Assembly: GCA_963755715.1 (NCBI GenBank) | Contig: CAVWLW010000002.1 | Span: 1 to 64,000 of the forward strand | Direction: 5' to 3' | Length of the DNA: 64,000 nt | From: an uncultured delta proteobacterium | GTDB taxonomy: Bacteria; Desulfobacterota; Binatia; UBA9968 | Made by a program: the position numbers and the translations under genes | Notes under the pieces: model-generated | The model's input: only the letters and a program-made list of their open reading frames with translations | Databases searched by the model: none | Told to the model about the DNA's origin: nothing | Shown: positions 30,136-39,755 of the stretch, piece after piece | Numbering within the stretch: position 1 is the stretch's first letter | Layout of the letters: every line of letters begins with the position of its first letter

Positions 30136-31391
30136 TGAGCGACCGACAGAGCAAGAGCACCGGTACGGCATCAGAGAAGCCGGAGGATGCGGCCAGGCGC
30201 TTGTCCGGTCCTGACGGCAAAGGCCCGGGATTCAGCACTCTAGCCGTGCATGGCGGTGAGCCCCGGCCGAAGCTCGGCAATTCTCTCGCCACACCGATCG
30301 TTCAAACGGCTACATACACCTTTGCGGATACCCAGGAACTGCACGATCACTTTCAACACCGCATCGAGCGCGAAGAGTATGGACGCTATGGTAATCCGAC
30401 CCAGCGCGTCGCGGAGCAGAAACTCGCGGCCCTCGAAGGCGCTGAAGATTGCTTGCTGTTTTCGAGCGGCATGGCGGCGGTGACCACGGCGATGTATGCG
30501 GTTCTTTCGCATAACGCTCATGTGGTCGTGACCGACGATTCGTACCGGCGCACCCGCCAGTTCCTGACGCAAACTCTGCATCGGTACGGTATCGAAGTTT
30601 CGGTGGTTCCCGCGGGCGATTACCAGGCGATCACGGAGGCGATCCGGCCGACGACCCGTCTGCTCGTCAGCGAATCACCGACCAATCCTTACAACCGCAT
30701 CGTCGACATGGAACGCTTCGCCGGCATCGGCCGGCGCCATCGAGTGAAGACTCTTATCGACGCGACTTTTGCAACGCCCTACAATCAGCGTCCGCTGGAG
30801 TTCGGCATCGATCTCGTGCTCCACTCGGCGACGAAATATCTGGGTGGACACAACGACCTTCTCGCCGGTGCGGTGTTGGGCTGCGCCGAGCTCGTCGATG
30901 GGATTCGCTCTCTGCAGCATGTCACCGGCGCGATCATCGATCCGCTGGCTGCTTATCTGTTGGTGCGTGGATTAAAAACATTCGCGCTGCGTATCGAACG
31001 GCAGAATGCCAACGCGCAAGCGCTAGCGGAGTTTTTAGCGGCCCATCCGAAGGTCAACGCGGTGCATTACGCCGGCCTGCCGAGCCATCCACAACATGAA
31101 GTGGCGTGCCGTCAAATGCGCGGTTTCGGCGGCGTCGTGTCGTTTGAAATCGCCGGCGACTTGGAAGCGACTTCGCGAGTCGTCGATGCCTGCCGCATCC
31201 CGCAGATCGCGCCGTCGCTTGGCGGGGTCGAGAGCTTGATCGAGCAACCGGCGCTGATGAGCTTCTATGAGCTAACTACCGAAGAACGCTTGATGGTCGG
31301 GATCAAAGACAATCTCATCCGCTACTCTGTCGGCATCGAAGACGCCGACGATCTCATTGCCGATCTTGCCACTGCCCTGGAGAAGATCTAG
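30135..31391 (+). CDS. metB: Cystathionine gamma-synthase (plant CGS-like)
   Basis: YGRYGNPT, FSSGMAA, ESPTNP, DATFATP, HSATKYLGGHND, SLGGVESL, RYSVGIED; TGATG overlap with thrC. Confidence 0.85.
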   Translation: MSDRQSKSTGTASEKPEDAARRLSGPDGKGPGFSTLAVHGGEPRPKLGNSLATPIVQTATYTFADTQELHDHFQHRIEREEYGRYGNPTQRVAEQKLAALEGAEDCLLFSSGMAAVTTAMYAVLSHNAHVVVTDDSYRRTRQFLTQTLHRYGIEVSVVPAGDYQAITEAIRPTTRLLVSESPTNPYNRIVDMERFAGIGRRHRVKTLIDATFATPYNQRPLEFGIDLVLHSATKYLGGHNDLLAGAVLGCAELVDGIRSLQHVTGAIIDPLAAYLLVRGLKTFALRIERQNANAQALAEFLAAHPKVNAVHYAGLPSHPQHEVACRQMRGFGGVVSFEIAGDLEATSRVVDACRIPQIAPSLGGVESLIEQPALMSFYELTTEERLMVGIKDNLIRYSVGIEDADDLIADLATALEKI

Positions 31392-31420
31392 ACGGACCTT
31401 TCGTTTGGCATGACGGGAAG

Positions 31421-31466
31421 TATTTACACGAAGCGACACGAAGGATTTGGATCCTTCGTGGTGAAT
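31421..31466. repeat. CACGAAG-type palindromic element (short copy)
   Basis: ACACGAAGCGACACGAAGGAT-TTGG-ATCCTTCGTGGTG between convergent genes. Confidence 0.6.
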
Positions 31467-31488
31467 AACAAGACTCGCTGAAATAGGT

Positions 31489-32080
31489 TTAACCCATGAT
31501 GCTGTACGGGATGTTTGTCGGCCCTTCGATCTGCCGATAAAGATTACCTTCCATGCTGTAGCTGCCCTGCGGCACTTTGCCGGCGACTCGTTCGGAACGG
31601 AGGATAATCGCAACCGATCGCGTCGGGCCGCCTTGCTCGGCATGGATATCGAAGGGCGGAACTAGATCCACTTTGCCCGGAGTGCCTTGTGTGACGCTTT
31701 CCAATTCCAGCTCGGCGTGGCCTTCTTGGCTGCGGTCATCGATGCGGCGAAAGCGCTCTAAGCTCTCCGTGCCGTCGAGTAGGCCGTAAGCCGTCCAGGC
31801 GTGGGCGTGATCATGAATGCTGCCTTTGCGGCCGGGAATTCGTACGACGCCGTTGACCGCAAAGCCGTAATCCGGGTCTTCGTAGAAAAGTAGATTCTTA
31901 CGCCCTTCGGTGGACGGCCAGGACTTCGACGCTTGGCGCAAGCCTTCGTCTTTTACCAGTGCTTCGAGCAGCTGCTGGCCTTTCTTCATGCGCGCTTCCA
32001 TGTCGGGGAGCTTCCGACCATGCGGCGCGCAGATCCTGAATAAATTTTTCGAAGACGGGAAGTTGTTTGGTGTCTGACAT
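31489..32080 (-). CDS. Cupin / cysteine-dioxygenase-like protein; frameshift near 32005
   Basis: IHDHAHAWTAYGLLDGTE, PPFDIH; N-terminus MSDTKQLPVFEKF in another frame with RBS GGAGG. Confidence 0.75.
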
Positions 32081-32102
32081 CGGTTCCTCCGTTGAACTTT
32101 TC

Positions 32103-33057
32103 TTATTTAAGCATCTCTCGCCTGATTTCTTCAAGCAATCTGAAGTCGACAACTTTGTTTAGCGGAATATCGCCGACGCCCTTATCCAGCTTTTGAATTT
32201 GTTGCAGGTGAAATTTGATTCCAGCGTCGCTTGCCGTTCCGTCGCGGCTAAACGACTTGGCCAGTGATGCATAAGATTCGCGGGCCGCGGCGTTGTCAAC
32301 TTTCCATTCGCGCTCGATGATCTTGTATCGAATCGTCAGGACGCTCCCGAGCGAAGGTGAGGCCTCGATAGAGCGCGCGCAGGGTTCGCTTGGTCAAGTC
32401 TCGTTTTTCGCCTAATTGGCGGTCGGTCGTGGCGAAGCCGTTGCTCGGAAATTCCACCGCGTCGCCCAAGAATAGCAATTCGCGAAAACCTTTCTGCCGC
32501 AGCAAGACATTGTCCGGCGGCACGGCGATGGTGGCGTCGATGGAACCCGCGGCAAGGGCGGCGATTCGGGTCGTCGGCAGGCCGATCATGATTGGGATCA
32601 CGTCTTTTTGCGGATCGAGGCCTTCGCGGCTGAGGGCGATGCGAGTGGCTAGTTCGACGGTGTCACCGAAGCGAACCATGCCGATCAATTTGCCGCGTAG
32701 CTCGGCGACGGATTTCACTTGAGGTTTGGCCATCAAAAAATAGTTGGGCCGCATGGCGCCGAAAAAGATCGCCTTGAGCGGCGCCCCTTTAGCGGCCAAG
32801 CGTAAAGCCGAGTCCGCGACGCCGTGATAATCGACCTCGCCGGACATCAGCGCATTATGCGCGAGCTGGGGCAACATCATCGGAATTTCAATGTCGATGC
32901 CTTCGTCTTTGAAAAAGCCGCGGTGCAGGGCGATAAAGAGCGGCAAGTAGCCCATCGACTTGGCGGGCAGCGCTAACTTGACGCGGTCGGCTGCCATCGC
33001 CACGGGCAGCGAGCCGGTGGCGAATATAAATCCGATCAGAAAAACTAAATTGAGCAT
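32103..33057 (-). CDS. SsuA/THI5-like substrate-binding protein; frameshift near 32325
   Basis: Signal peptide, RGFFKDEG, ELRGKLIG; C-terminus SFSRDG..VVDFRLLEEIRREMLK read by hand in the shifted frame. Confidence 0.85.
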
Positions 33058-33073
33058 CTCAACGATGCCGCGG

Positions 33074-33511
33074 TTAAGATTCAGCCCGGGCTCTGGCTTT
33101 CTTGTCTTCCGGCGCTTTGATCTTGTCCAGATTCTTTTTGGCAAAATCGCCGTGGCCGACTTCTCTATCCGTCGCGCTGAATCTTGGATTGCCGGCCGGT
33201 TCGGCGCGTGCGCCGAGCAGAATCATGTATTCGCTGCCGGTGTTGTCGAGCTGGTAAAGTTGCCCCGCGGGTATTGTTACCAGCATGCCAGGATTGAGCG
33301 CGCGCGCCGGCGCGTCGGGAAAGTGAAACGTGCACTGCCCTTGGACACAATAAAACTGCTGGTCAGCGGTGTGCTTGTGCATGGGCCCCTTGGTGCCCGG
33401 ATAATCGCCGTGCACCCAGGTGTGAAAGTGATCCGAGGTGAATAGAACTTTCTTACTGTGGCCGATGTCGAGTTCCGGCTCTTTTAGAATGTCGATAAAT
33501 TCTGCCGCCAT
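33074..33511 (-). CDS. Cupin domain protein
   Basis: MHKHTADQQFYCVQG, IPAG..Y..NTG; RBS GAGGAGG. Confidence 0.85.
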   Translation of the reverse strand: MAAEFIDILKEPELDIGHSKKVLFTSDHFHTWVHGDYPGTKGPMHKHTADQQFYCVQGQCTFHFPDAPARALNPGMLVTIPAGQLYQLDNTGSEYMILLGARAEPAGNPRFSATDREVGHGDFAKKNLDKIKAPEDKKARARAES

Positions 33512-33570
33512 ATGTTGTCCTCCTCGTGATAATTTAGATCCCTTTCAGAGTATGTGCACATCGAAAAGTC

Positions 33571-34150
33571 TCAGCGTTTGCTCTGGCGATATTTTTCCCA
33601 GGCGGCAATGCCGGCTTGCACCGCGCGCACGTCGCCGTCGCCGCGGTGGCCGGCGCTGCCGACCGCGCCAACGATAACATTGTCGACGATCAGCGGGAAG
33701 CCGCCGGGTATCAGAATGATCTGGCCTTCCATCAAGCTCAGCGCGCTGTGAAAGCGCTGGGGATTGGTTTTCAACTGGTCGCCAGATTCAGCGGTGCTCT
33801 GTTGCAGCGTTACCGCGCCCATCGCCTTGCCAATGGCGAACTTTACCCAGAAGCCCGAGGTGCCGTCCATGGAGTCCAGACGATATCAGATTGCCGTTGA
33901 AGTCGACCACAGCGATGGCGGCGCGGCCGTTTTCAGCTTTGACCACGGCTTTCGCCGCCTCAACGATGACCCGCGCTTCTTCAAGTGTGAGCGCTGTCGG
34001 TACGCGGATCACCGGGCGCGCGGCGCGGTCCGCAGGCGCGGGCTTGTCTTGTGCTATGGCGACGCCAACATGACCGCCACTATTGGTAAGCAATTGGATA
34101 ACGATCAATGTCGCGATCACGCTTGGGAGAGTAAGTGTTTGGTCTCGCAT
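33571..34150 (-). CDS. GlcG/HbpS heme-binding family protein with N-terminal signal or anchor; frameshift near 33880
   Basis: LTLEEA..AIAVVD..GNL, MDG, A.GKA, GGFPL..VGAVG.AG..D. Confidence 0.8.
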
Positions 34151-34199
34151 AGATTCATTCCTTCCTTGACTGGATTCAACTCGAGCGACGACGATGGCC

Positions 34200-35756
34200 C
34201 TAGCGCGCTCCGCCTTGGGCAGCGGCGCGCGCCGCTTGGATGGGCGCGCTGTCGCCGTGTATGCCGACAATCGTGGCGACATCGAGATTCAGTTGGTCGA
34301 GGCCGGCGACCAATTCCTTTACTGCGGGCGCAGCCCGGACTTGGCCGTTGCGCGGGCTGATATGATCCGCTTCGATGACGATCTTTTCGGCCGGAAGATA
34401 AACGACGACCAGATCCTCGGCGTGAGAGGTCGGCAGGGGATAGATCTCGACTCGCCGGGTGCCGTCCGTCAGCACGCGCGGACCGCCGCCGAAGGATTCA
34501 ATTACGACCGGCGTTCGAGCTTTTTCCAGGCTGTCGGGCTGGCGCGTGTGCGGCGCCTTGGCCACGCGAGCGTAAAAATCTCGCGCGGAGAACGGGCTGA
34601 CAACGATGGCGCCTTCGGCCATGAAGGCGCGAATGCCGCCAGCGTGATCGAGGTGATGGTGCGTTGGAATCACGTAGCGGATCGGTTTACCGGGAAACCG
34701 CTCTTTGATCGCCTTCACGACCGGCGCGGTGCGCGCTTCGTACAAAGGGCCTTCGACGGCGATCAAATGATCGCGCATTTCGACGACGATCGTCGCGTGA
34801 GAGCTGCCGCCGATCTTGTGCACGCCATTGGCGAGTTGAGTCCATTCGATCGACGGCGGACGGCCGAGATCCTGGTAGCTGACGTTGCCTGCCACCCGGC
34901 GCAGTATCCACTGCGAAGCGATCGGGGTGACGTCGGTCTTTCCAGTTCGAATCTCCTGCGGGACATTAAACGGATCGGTGACGAACGCAACATTGTTCTG
35001 CACGGATTTGATCTGCTCTTCTTGCAACGCGCGACCGTTGAGCTCGTAGCGCAGACTAAAAGGCATCACGATTTGGTCGACTTTGCGCCAGTCGGCGTAG
35101 CGGAGAAGATAGCTGCTGTCGCCTTCCAAAGGATCGTCTTCCAGGATGTCGGTCTGAGCGGGCAAATGAGATTTCGGATCGAGATAGACACGGAACTCAT
35201 CGCCGCCGTCCTTGAAAGAGACGACTTGATATTTGACTCCATCCAACTCGGCGTCGGCCAGGCGCCGCAAAGTTTTGTTCGCCTTCGCTGCTAGAATCAA
35301 ATTAACCGGCGCGCGTTTCTCTTCGCGCAGACGCGTCGCGAGCCGTCCAGGATGCAAGCGGGTCTGCTTGGCGGTCTTGGCTTCGCCTTCTTGCAGCAGG
35401 CCGGCGGACCCATCGATGACCTCGACAAAGCGAATAGTCTCGCCGCGCGCCGAATTGCGGCTCTCCCATTCGAGTCTCAGCCGAGGCTGGGTCAGATCCC
35501 GCGTCAGCGAGGAGCGAAAGGTGCTGATTTGCCGCGTCGGACCGAGCGGGCGCGGCGTCGATGACGAATCGAACTGTTTGCCCTCGCTTTCGACGACTTG
35601 ATTCTTGATCGCGCGAAGCGCGGCGATGCCGCCCATGGCTTTGGCGGTCTCGGCGATCAGCGCCTGGGCGGATTGGGCGCGCGCAGCGGTCGCTGACAGT
35701 AAAGAAAACAAAAACAGGATTGAACCAAAGATCGTGTAACGATGCTGTTTGCTCAT
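34200..35756 (-). CDS. Secreted MBL-fold metallo-hydrolase
   Basis: Signal peptide (ARA-Q), THHHLDHAGG, HAED, EADH, GIHG. Confidence 0.85.
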   Translation of the reverse strand: MSKQHRYTIFGSILFLFSLLSATAARAQSAQALIAETAKAMGGIAALRAIKNQVVESEGKQFDSSSTPRPLGPTRQISTFRSSLTRDLTQPRLRLEWESRNSARGETIRFVEVIDGSAGLLQEGEAKTAKQTRLHPGRLATRLREEKRAPVNLILAAKANKTLRRLADAELDGVKYQVVSFKDGGDEFRVYLDPKSHLPAQTDILEDDPLEGDSSYLLRYADWRKVDQIVMPFSLRYELNGRALQEEQIKSVQNNVAFVTDPFNVPQEIRTGKTDVTPIASQWILRRVAGNVSYQDLGRPPSIEWTQLANGVHKIGGSSHATIVVEMRDHLIAVEGPLYEARTAPVVKAIKERFPGKPIRYVIPTHHHLDHAGGIRAFMAEGAIVVSPFSARDFYARVAKAPHTRQPDSLEKARTPVVIESFGGGPRVLTDGTRRVEIYPLPTSHAEDLVVVYLPAEKIVIEADHISPRNGQVRAAPAVKELVAGLDQLNLDVATIVGIHGDSAPIQAARAAAQGGAR

Positions 35757-35860
35757 GACGAGCCTCCATTTCGGTTTCGGATAGGAGCCGGTCAGTCCGG
35801 GAAATATCTAAAAAGAGGTACGCGTTGCGCAAGAGTCGAAATGCTCCGCGAATCGATCGG

Positions 35861-36939
35861 TCAACTTTCACAGTAGGAGTCGGAACGCAGTTCCAATCGG
35901 GGATGATTTCCTGGCAGATTAGATCAATTGCTTCGTTCCAGTCGGGTCCAAGGGGCGAGGCGATATCGATGATATCGAAGCCATACGGTTTGGCTGCGCG
36001 CAGCATTTCATCGATTCCGACAATACATTCGGTCGGAGTGCCCGCTATGACTGTGCCGACCTGCGTCAGCAGATCGTCACTGATCAGTTCGACCATATCA
36101 TCGACGCTCTTGCCATGGCGCTGGGCTGCCAAGATCGCATTTTCGGTATCCGGCGGGACCGGGAGCTTGAGCATTCTTTGTTTCAATAAATGTCCTTGAA
36201 TCAGCGCGCCGGCGCCCATTCGCTTGGCGCAGCGTTTCGCTGCCGCACCATCGCGCGATACCGACACGTGCAGGTGCAAAACTTTGGTGAAACGGCGGTC
36301 GTCGTTGCGTGCATGGCGCGCTTGCGCGAGTTTCGTCATGGCGAGATCGAGCGCGCCTTGGCGCACCAAGGCGGTGGGAAAGGACAAGTTGCTGACGATC
36401 AAGCCATCGCCGATGTTCCAGGCCAGCTCGAGCATTTTCGGTCCGGCGGCGGCGACGAAAATATCCGGCGATTTTGCCGGCGGCAGGCGCAGGAAGGCTT
36501 GCGCCAATGGATCGAGGTGAAAAAATTCCGCGAGCGTCGGAAATTGCCCGAGGGCGATTTTCCGTCCCGCGAACATTTCACGCAAAAACAAGATCATCTC
36601 GCGAGTCATACCGACGCGGTTGTGCTTGCGGATCATATTCGAAGACGGTGACCCGGCGCCGATGCCGACGGTGACGCCGCGCTCGCCGGCTAGATGCGCG
36701 AGCGCGGCGAAGCTCGATGCCAGGTCGACCGGCGTCCGGCTGAAGGGCTGCACCACCGAGGTGCCAACGTGGGCGTTGGTTTGGCCGATGATCGCGGCCA
36801 AGATCACGAAGACATTTTCATAGGTCAGATGATCGGGCACCCAAACTTTGTCGAAAGCGTATTGCGCCATCGCTCGCTTCGCATAAGCGGCCATTTCGGG
36901 CGCGGTGCAAGGCGGGAAAAGTTGAATGCCGAAACGCAT
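35861..36939 (-). CDS. LLM class flavin/F420-dependent oxidoreductase (Mer-like); probable frameshift near 35895
   Basis: MRFGI, VWVPDH, GIGAG, VAAAGPKMLELA..DG, IAGTP; the ORF-track extension over the next gene is implausible. Confidence 0.8.
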
Positions 36940-36973
36940 GTGGAATTCCAGGCCTTCGGATTGATTATCCCGA

Positions 36974-37480
36974 CTACGGTGCGCTCAACGTTGTTTCGAA
37001 TTTGCGTTTTTGATTGGACAAGGTCGGGAACCCGGCGCCCTGATCGATCTTGAGGACTTTGTAATCTGTGGCCGCGGTGCCTTCGAGCGTCACGCGGTAG
37101 TTGACTTGTTCGTCGCCATTCTGTGCCCTGAGGAAAATATAGATCGCTTTTTCGCCTGCCATCGGTTCGTACTCTGTCGCGGTAACTCTGCTCGGGTAGC
37201 CGCGCGCATTCATCGACAGGATGGTTTGTTTGAACTTGTCGAGGGGGACATGCCTTTTGCCGCCATCGGAGAGAAGTTCGTAACCTCTCTCAAGGTTCTT
37301 GTCGATCAACACGACTCTAGCGAATTCGACAGCGCGCTTGGCCGCCATGTTTTCGTCGTGTTGGATCGGCTTGGCGCAGCCAATCGCCCAAACCGCTAAA
37401 AAAGAAAGCCAACCGTAACGCGCCAACAGTGGGCAAAGATTTATAGTTCTACGGTTTTTTCCGGTTGTCTGTGGGTACAT
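36974..37480 (-). CDS. Hypothetical lipoprotein
   Basis: Hydrophobic stretch ending AIGC; start uncertain (37480 or 37426). Confidence 0.65.
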   Translation of the reverse strand: MYPQTTGKNRRTINLCPLLARYGWLSFLAVWAIGCAKPIQHDENMAAKRAVEFARVVLIDKNLERGYELLSDGGKRHVPLDKFKQTILSMNARGYPSRVTATEYEPMAGEKAIYIFLRAQNGDEQVNYRVTLEGTAATDYKVLKIDQGAGFPTLSNQKRKFETTLSAP

Positions 37481-37763
37481 CCCTAGTGCCTTTTCAGTTT
37501 CCGGTCTTCTAATATGTTTTGGCGCCGATCCGCCGCTTTGCTGCCTTATAGAGAGTTCGTGCACACATTGCGTATCGCACCCGGCGCGTGTTCGATTAAG
37601 CGGCGGATTTGACCCGAGGCGTCATAGCAACATCACAAGGTGTACATCAATAGCCAAATGATTCCTAGTTTTGCCGAACAAACTCTGCACCTGGTGCCGG
37701 CTGATGCTTAAGCCGGCACGATGCGATTGGATATATTTGAGCGGATCTAGTCCATCTGGAGAA

Positions 37764-37778
37764 CGGCACCGGGCTTGC
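37764..37778 (+). promoter_or_regulatory. Sigma-54-type promoter
   Basis: CGGCACCGGGCTTGC upstream of the peptidoglycan-binding gene. Confidence 0.6.
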
Positions 37779-37816
37779 TAATCAGAATGCGGTTTGTGAA
37801 AGAGAGGAGACGGCTC

Positions 37817-38653
37817 GTGAACAAGTTCAATTTACTGATCGCCGGATGGCTTTTTGTCGCTTCGGGTTGCGCGCTCTTGGAGAGTCCACCCAACGAAACA
37901 GAAACCAGCGCGGTTGCGCCGACAGCAGAAGCGCAAAATTTATCCGTGCCCGCATCCATAGAAGCACCAAAAATAGCAACAGCGCCGGCCCGCAGTTTGA
38001 CCGCGGATGACGTACGCCGCATACAGATGCGCTTGAAAGAAGCCGGCTTCGATCCGGGCCCTGCTGACGGGGTTGCTGGCGCGCGAACGAAAATCACTTT
38101 TAACCGTTACCAAGCCGGCTGTGCCAAGACGAAGACGTTGATCGACGATTTCGACGATGCTGGCGCGCCGAGCAAGAACACGCTGAGCCGACAGGATAAC
38201 CAGATGATACAGGTTCAGTTGCGCCGCGCCGGATTCGATCCCGGACCGGCCGACGGAATTTTTGGCGCTAAAACACGCAAGATAATTGTCCATCTCAAAA
38301 CCAATTGTCCGGTATTCAATGAATTCGCGGCGCTTCTGAGTGATCAGTCGCTAGCCATCGAGCAAAAGCGCGCCAGCGACCAGGCCTCGGCGCCCGCGGC
38401 TGCTTCGATTAAGGCTCGTGCGGTTTCTGCACCCGCTACGGGTGAGATTCTCAATCAACCGGTCGCGGCGCGGGGACAAGAAGAGATTCGAGTCCTGCAG
38501 CTCAGGTTGCGCGACGCGGGCTTCGACCCCGGTCCCTTCGACGGCGTGATGGGTCCGAAAACTATCACGGCGCTACAGCAGTACGAAGCCAGCGATCGCG
38601 GCAAGAAGAGTAGAGTAAGCTTGAAGACGACGAGTATCAGAGGCCAATATTGA
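37817..38653 (+). CDS. Lipoprotein with three peptidoglycan-binding (PG_binding_1) domains
   Basis: Lipobox ASGC; three L..AGFDPGP.DG..G..T repeats; RBS GAGGAG. Confidence 0.85.
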   Translation: MNKFNLLIAGWLFVASGCALLESPPNETETSAVAPTAEAQNLSVPASIEAPKIATAPARSLTADDVRRIQMRLKEAGFDPGPADGVAGARTKITFNRYQAGCAKTKTLIDDFDDAGAPSKNTLSRQDNQMIQVQLRRAGFDPGPADGIFGAKTRKIIVHLKTNCPVFNEFAALLSDQSLAIEQKRASDQASAPAAASIKARAVSAPATGEILNQPVAARGQEEIRVLQLRLRDAGFDPGPFDGVMGPKTITALQQYEASDRGKKSRVSLKTTSIRGQY

Positions 38654-38672
38654 GTTGAAACGCCAGAAATAG

Positions 38673-38710
38673 AAAAGAGGATTCAGAGTCGGTCTGAGTC
38701 CTCTTTTTTT
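38673..38710. terminator. Bidirectional intrinsic terminator
   Basis: AAAAGAGGATTCAGA-GTCGG-TCTGAGTCCTCTTTTTTT between convergent genes. Confidence 0.85.
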
Positions 38711-38730
38711 GGATACAGCGGAGGGGCCGT

Positions 38731-39072
38731 TCAGTATTCGGTTTGGCGGCGCTGAATTTGTTGATTGTTACGGTCGATGGTGCGTTGATTCTGCTGAATC
38801 TGTTGTTGATTGGACTGATACTGCTGCTGTTCCTGACCTTGCATGTAGTCGCCGACCAGCGCGCCGGCTCCTAGACCGGCGGCTCCGCCGATAGCTGCGC
38901 CAGCGCCGGGGTGCCCGACTGTGGCGCCGATGATGCCGCCAGCAGCGGCGCCGCCGAGTGCGCCAATGCCCGCGCCTTTCTCTCGGGTCGTCATCGGCCC
39001 ACCGGAACAACCCGCAAAGAGTGCGCCGACAAGCGCGACCCTGGCTAACTGTAATGAAATACTCTTGGTCAT
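38731..39072 (-). CDS. Glycine-zipper lipoprotein with Gln-rich tail
   Basis: FAGC lipobox, TREKGAGIGA..GA..GA repeats; RBS GGAGG. Confidence 0.85.
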   Translation of the reverse strand: MTKSISLQLARVALVGALFAGCSGGPMTTREKGAGIGALGGAAAGGIIGATVGHPGAGAAIGGAAGLGAGALVGDYMQGQEQQQYQSNQQQIQQNQRTIDRNNQQIQRRQTEY

Positions 39073-39137
39073 TTTCTGCCTCCTAAATTAATTTGCTCGC
39101 CGTCGCGGGTTGTTGATTCAATAGGAGCAATGGAGGA

Positions 39138-39152
39138 GCAATGGCGATGCCA
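39138..39152 (-). promoter_or_regulatory. Sigma-54-type promoter
   Basis: TGGCATCGCCATTGC, near consensus. Confidence 0.7.
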
Positions 39153-39275
39153 GTTGGCACAAGGTTCCACAGCACGCCGATATTCTCCGGTTTACCAAGA
39201 AATACGCTCGTGGGACTCGAAGAGATCTTGTGCCGGCTAATCATACAGTGAGTCAAGAACACAAATGTCAGCGCT

Positions 39276-39596
39276 TTACTTAGGCTCCGCCATCTTTTCC
39301 ACATCGGCGATGGTCGGGCCGTCCAGACCAAAGGCGCGATGAGCGCGCCATTCCAAAACCTCCATTTGACGGATGCCACGGGCATGGTGCGGATCGCGCG
39401 CCGCGAGCGCTTTAGCTTCATCTAGACTCGTTGCTAACATGACGTAGATGCCGTAAGCGCCGTCGGTGGTCGGTCCCGAGAAGAGCAGGCGGCCGGCCCG
39501 ATGCTGATCATCGAGCCATTGCCGGTGCGCTTCATAATTGCTCTGTTTGTCCGCTTCCTTTTCCGCCAATGAACGTGACATGACGAGGTACCACAT
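39276..39596 (-). CDS. YciI family protein
   Basis: EAHRQWL, LLFSGP, DP; RBS AAGGAG. Confidence 0.85.
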   Translation of the reverse strand: MWYLVMSRSLAEKEADKQSNYEAHRQWLDDQHRAGRLLFSGPTTDGAYGIYVMLATSLDEAKALAARDPHHARGIRQMEVLEWRAHRAFGLDGPTIADVEKMAEPK

Positions 39597-39755
39597 GGTT
39601 TATCTCCTTGTTGAATTTACCGCCGCTAAATTTATGCGCCCATCGTATCGGGTGCGGCACAAATTTGCCACTTGCGCAGCGGCTTGGCCGGCGATACAAG
39701 CTTGGGCAAATGGCGTCCACTTCGTCCCTGACAAACGATAAAAGATCGATCATAG

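Noticed and set aside
35302-36939. 545-aa LLM ORF as a fusion protein
   Set aside because: The extension overlaps the MBL gene out of frame; a one-base correction gives a natural stop near 35861
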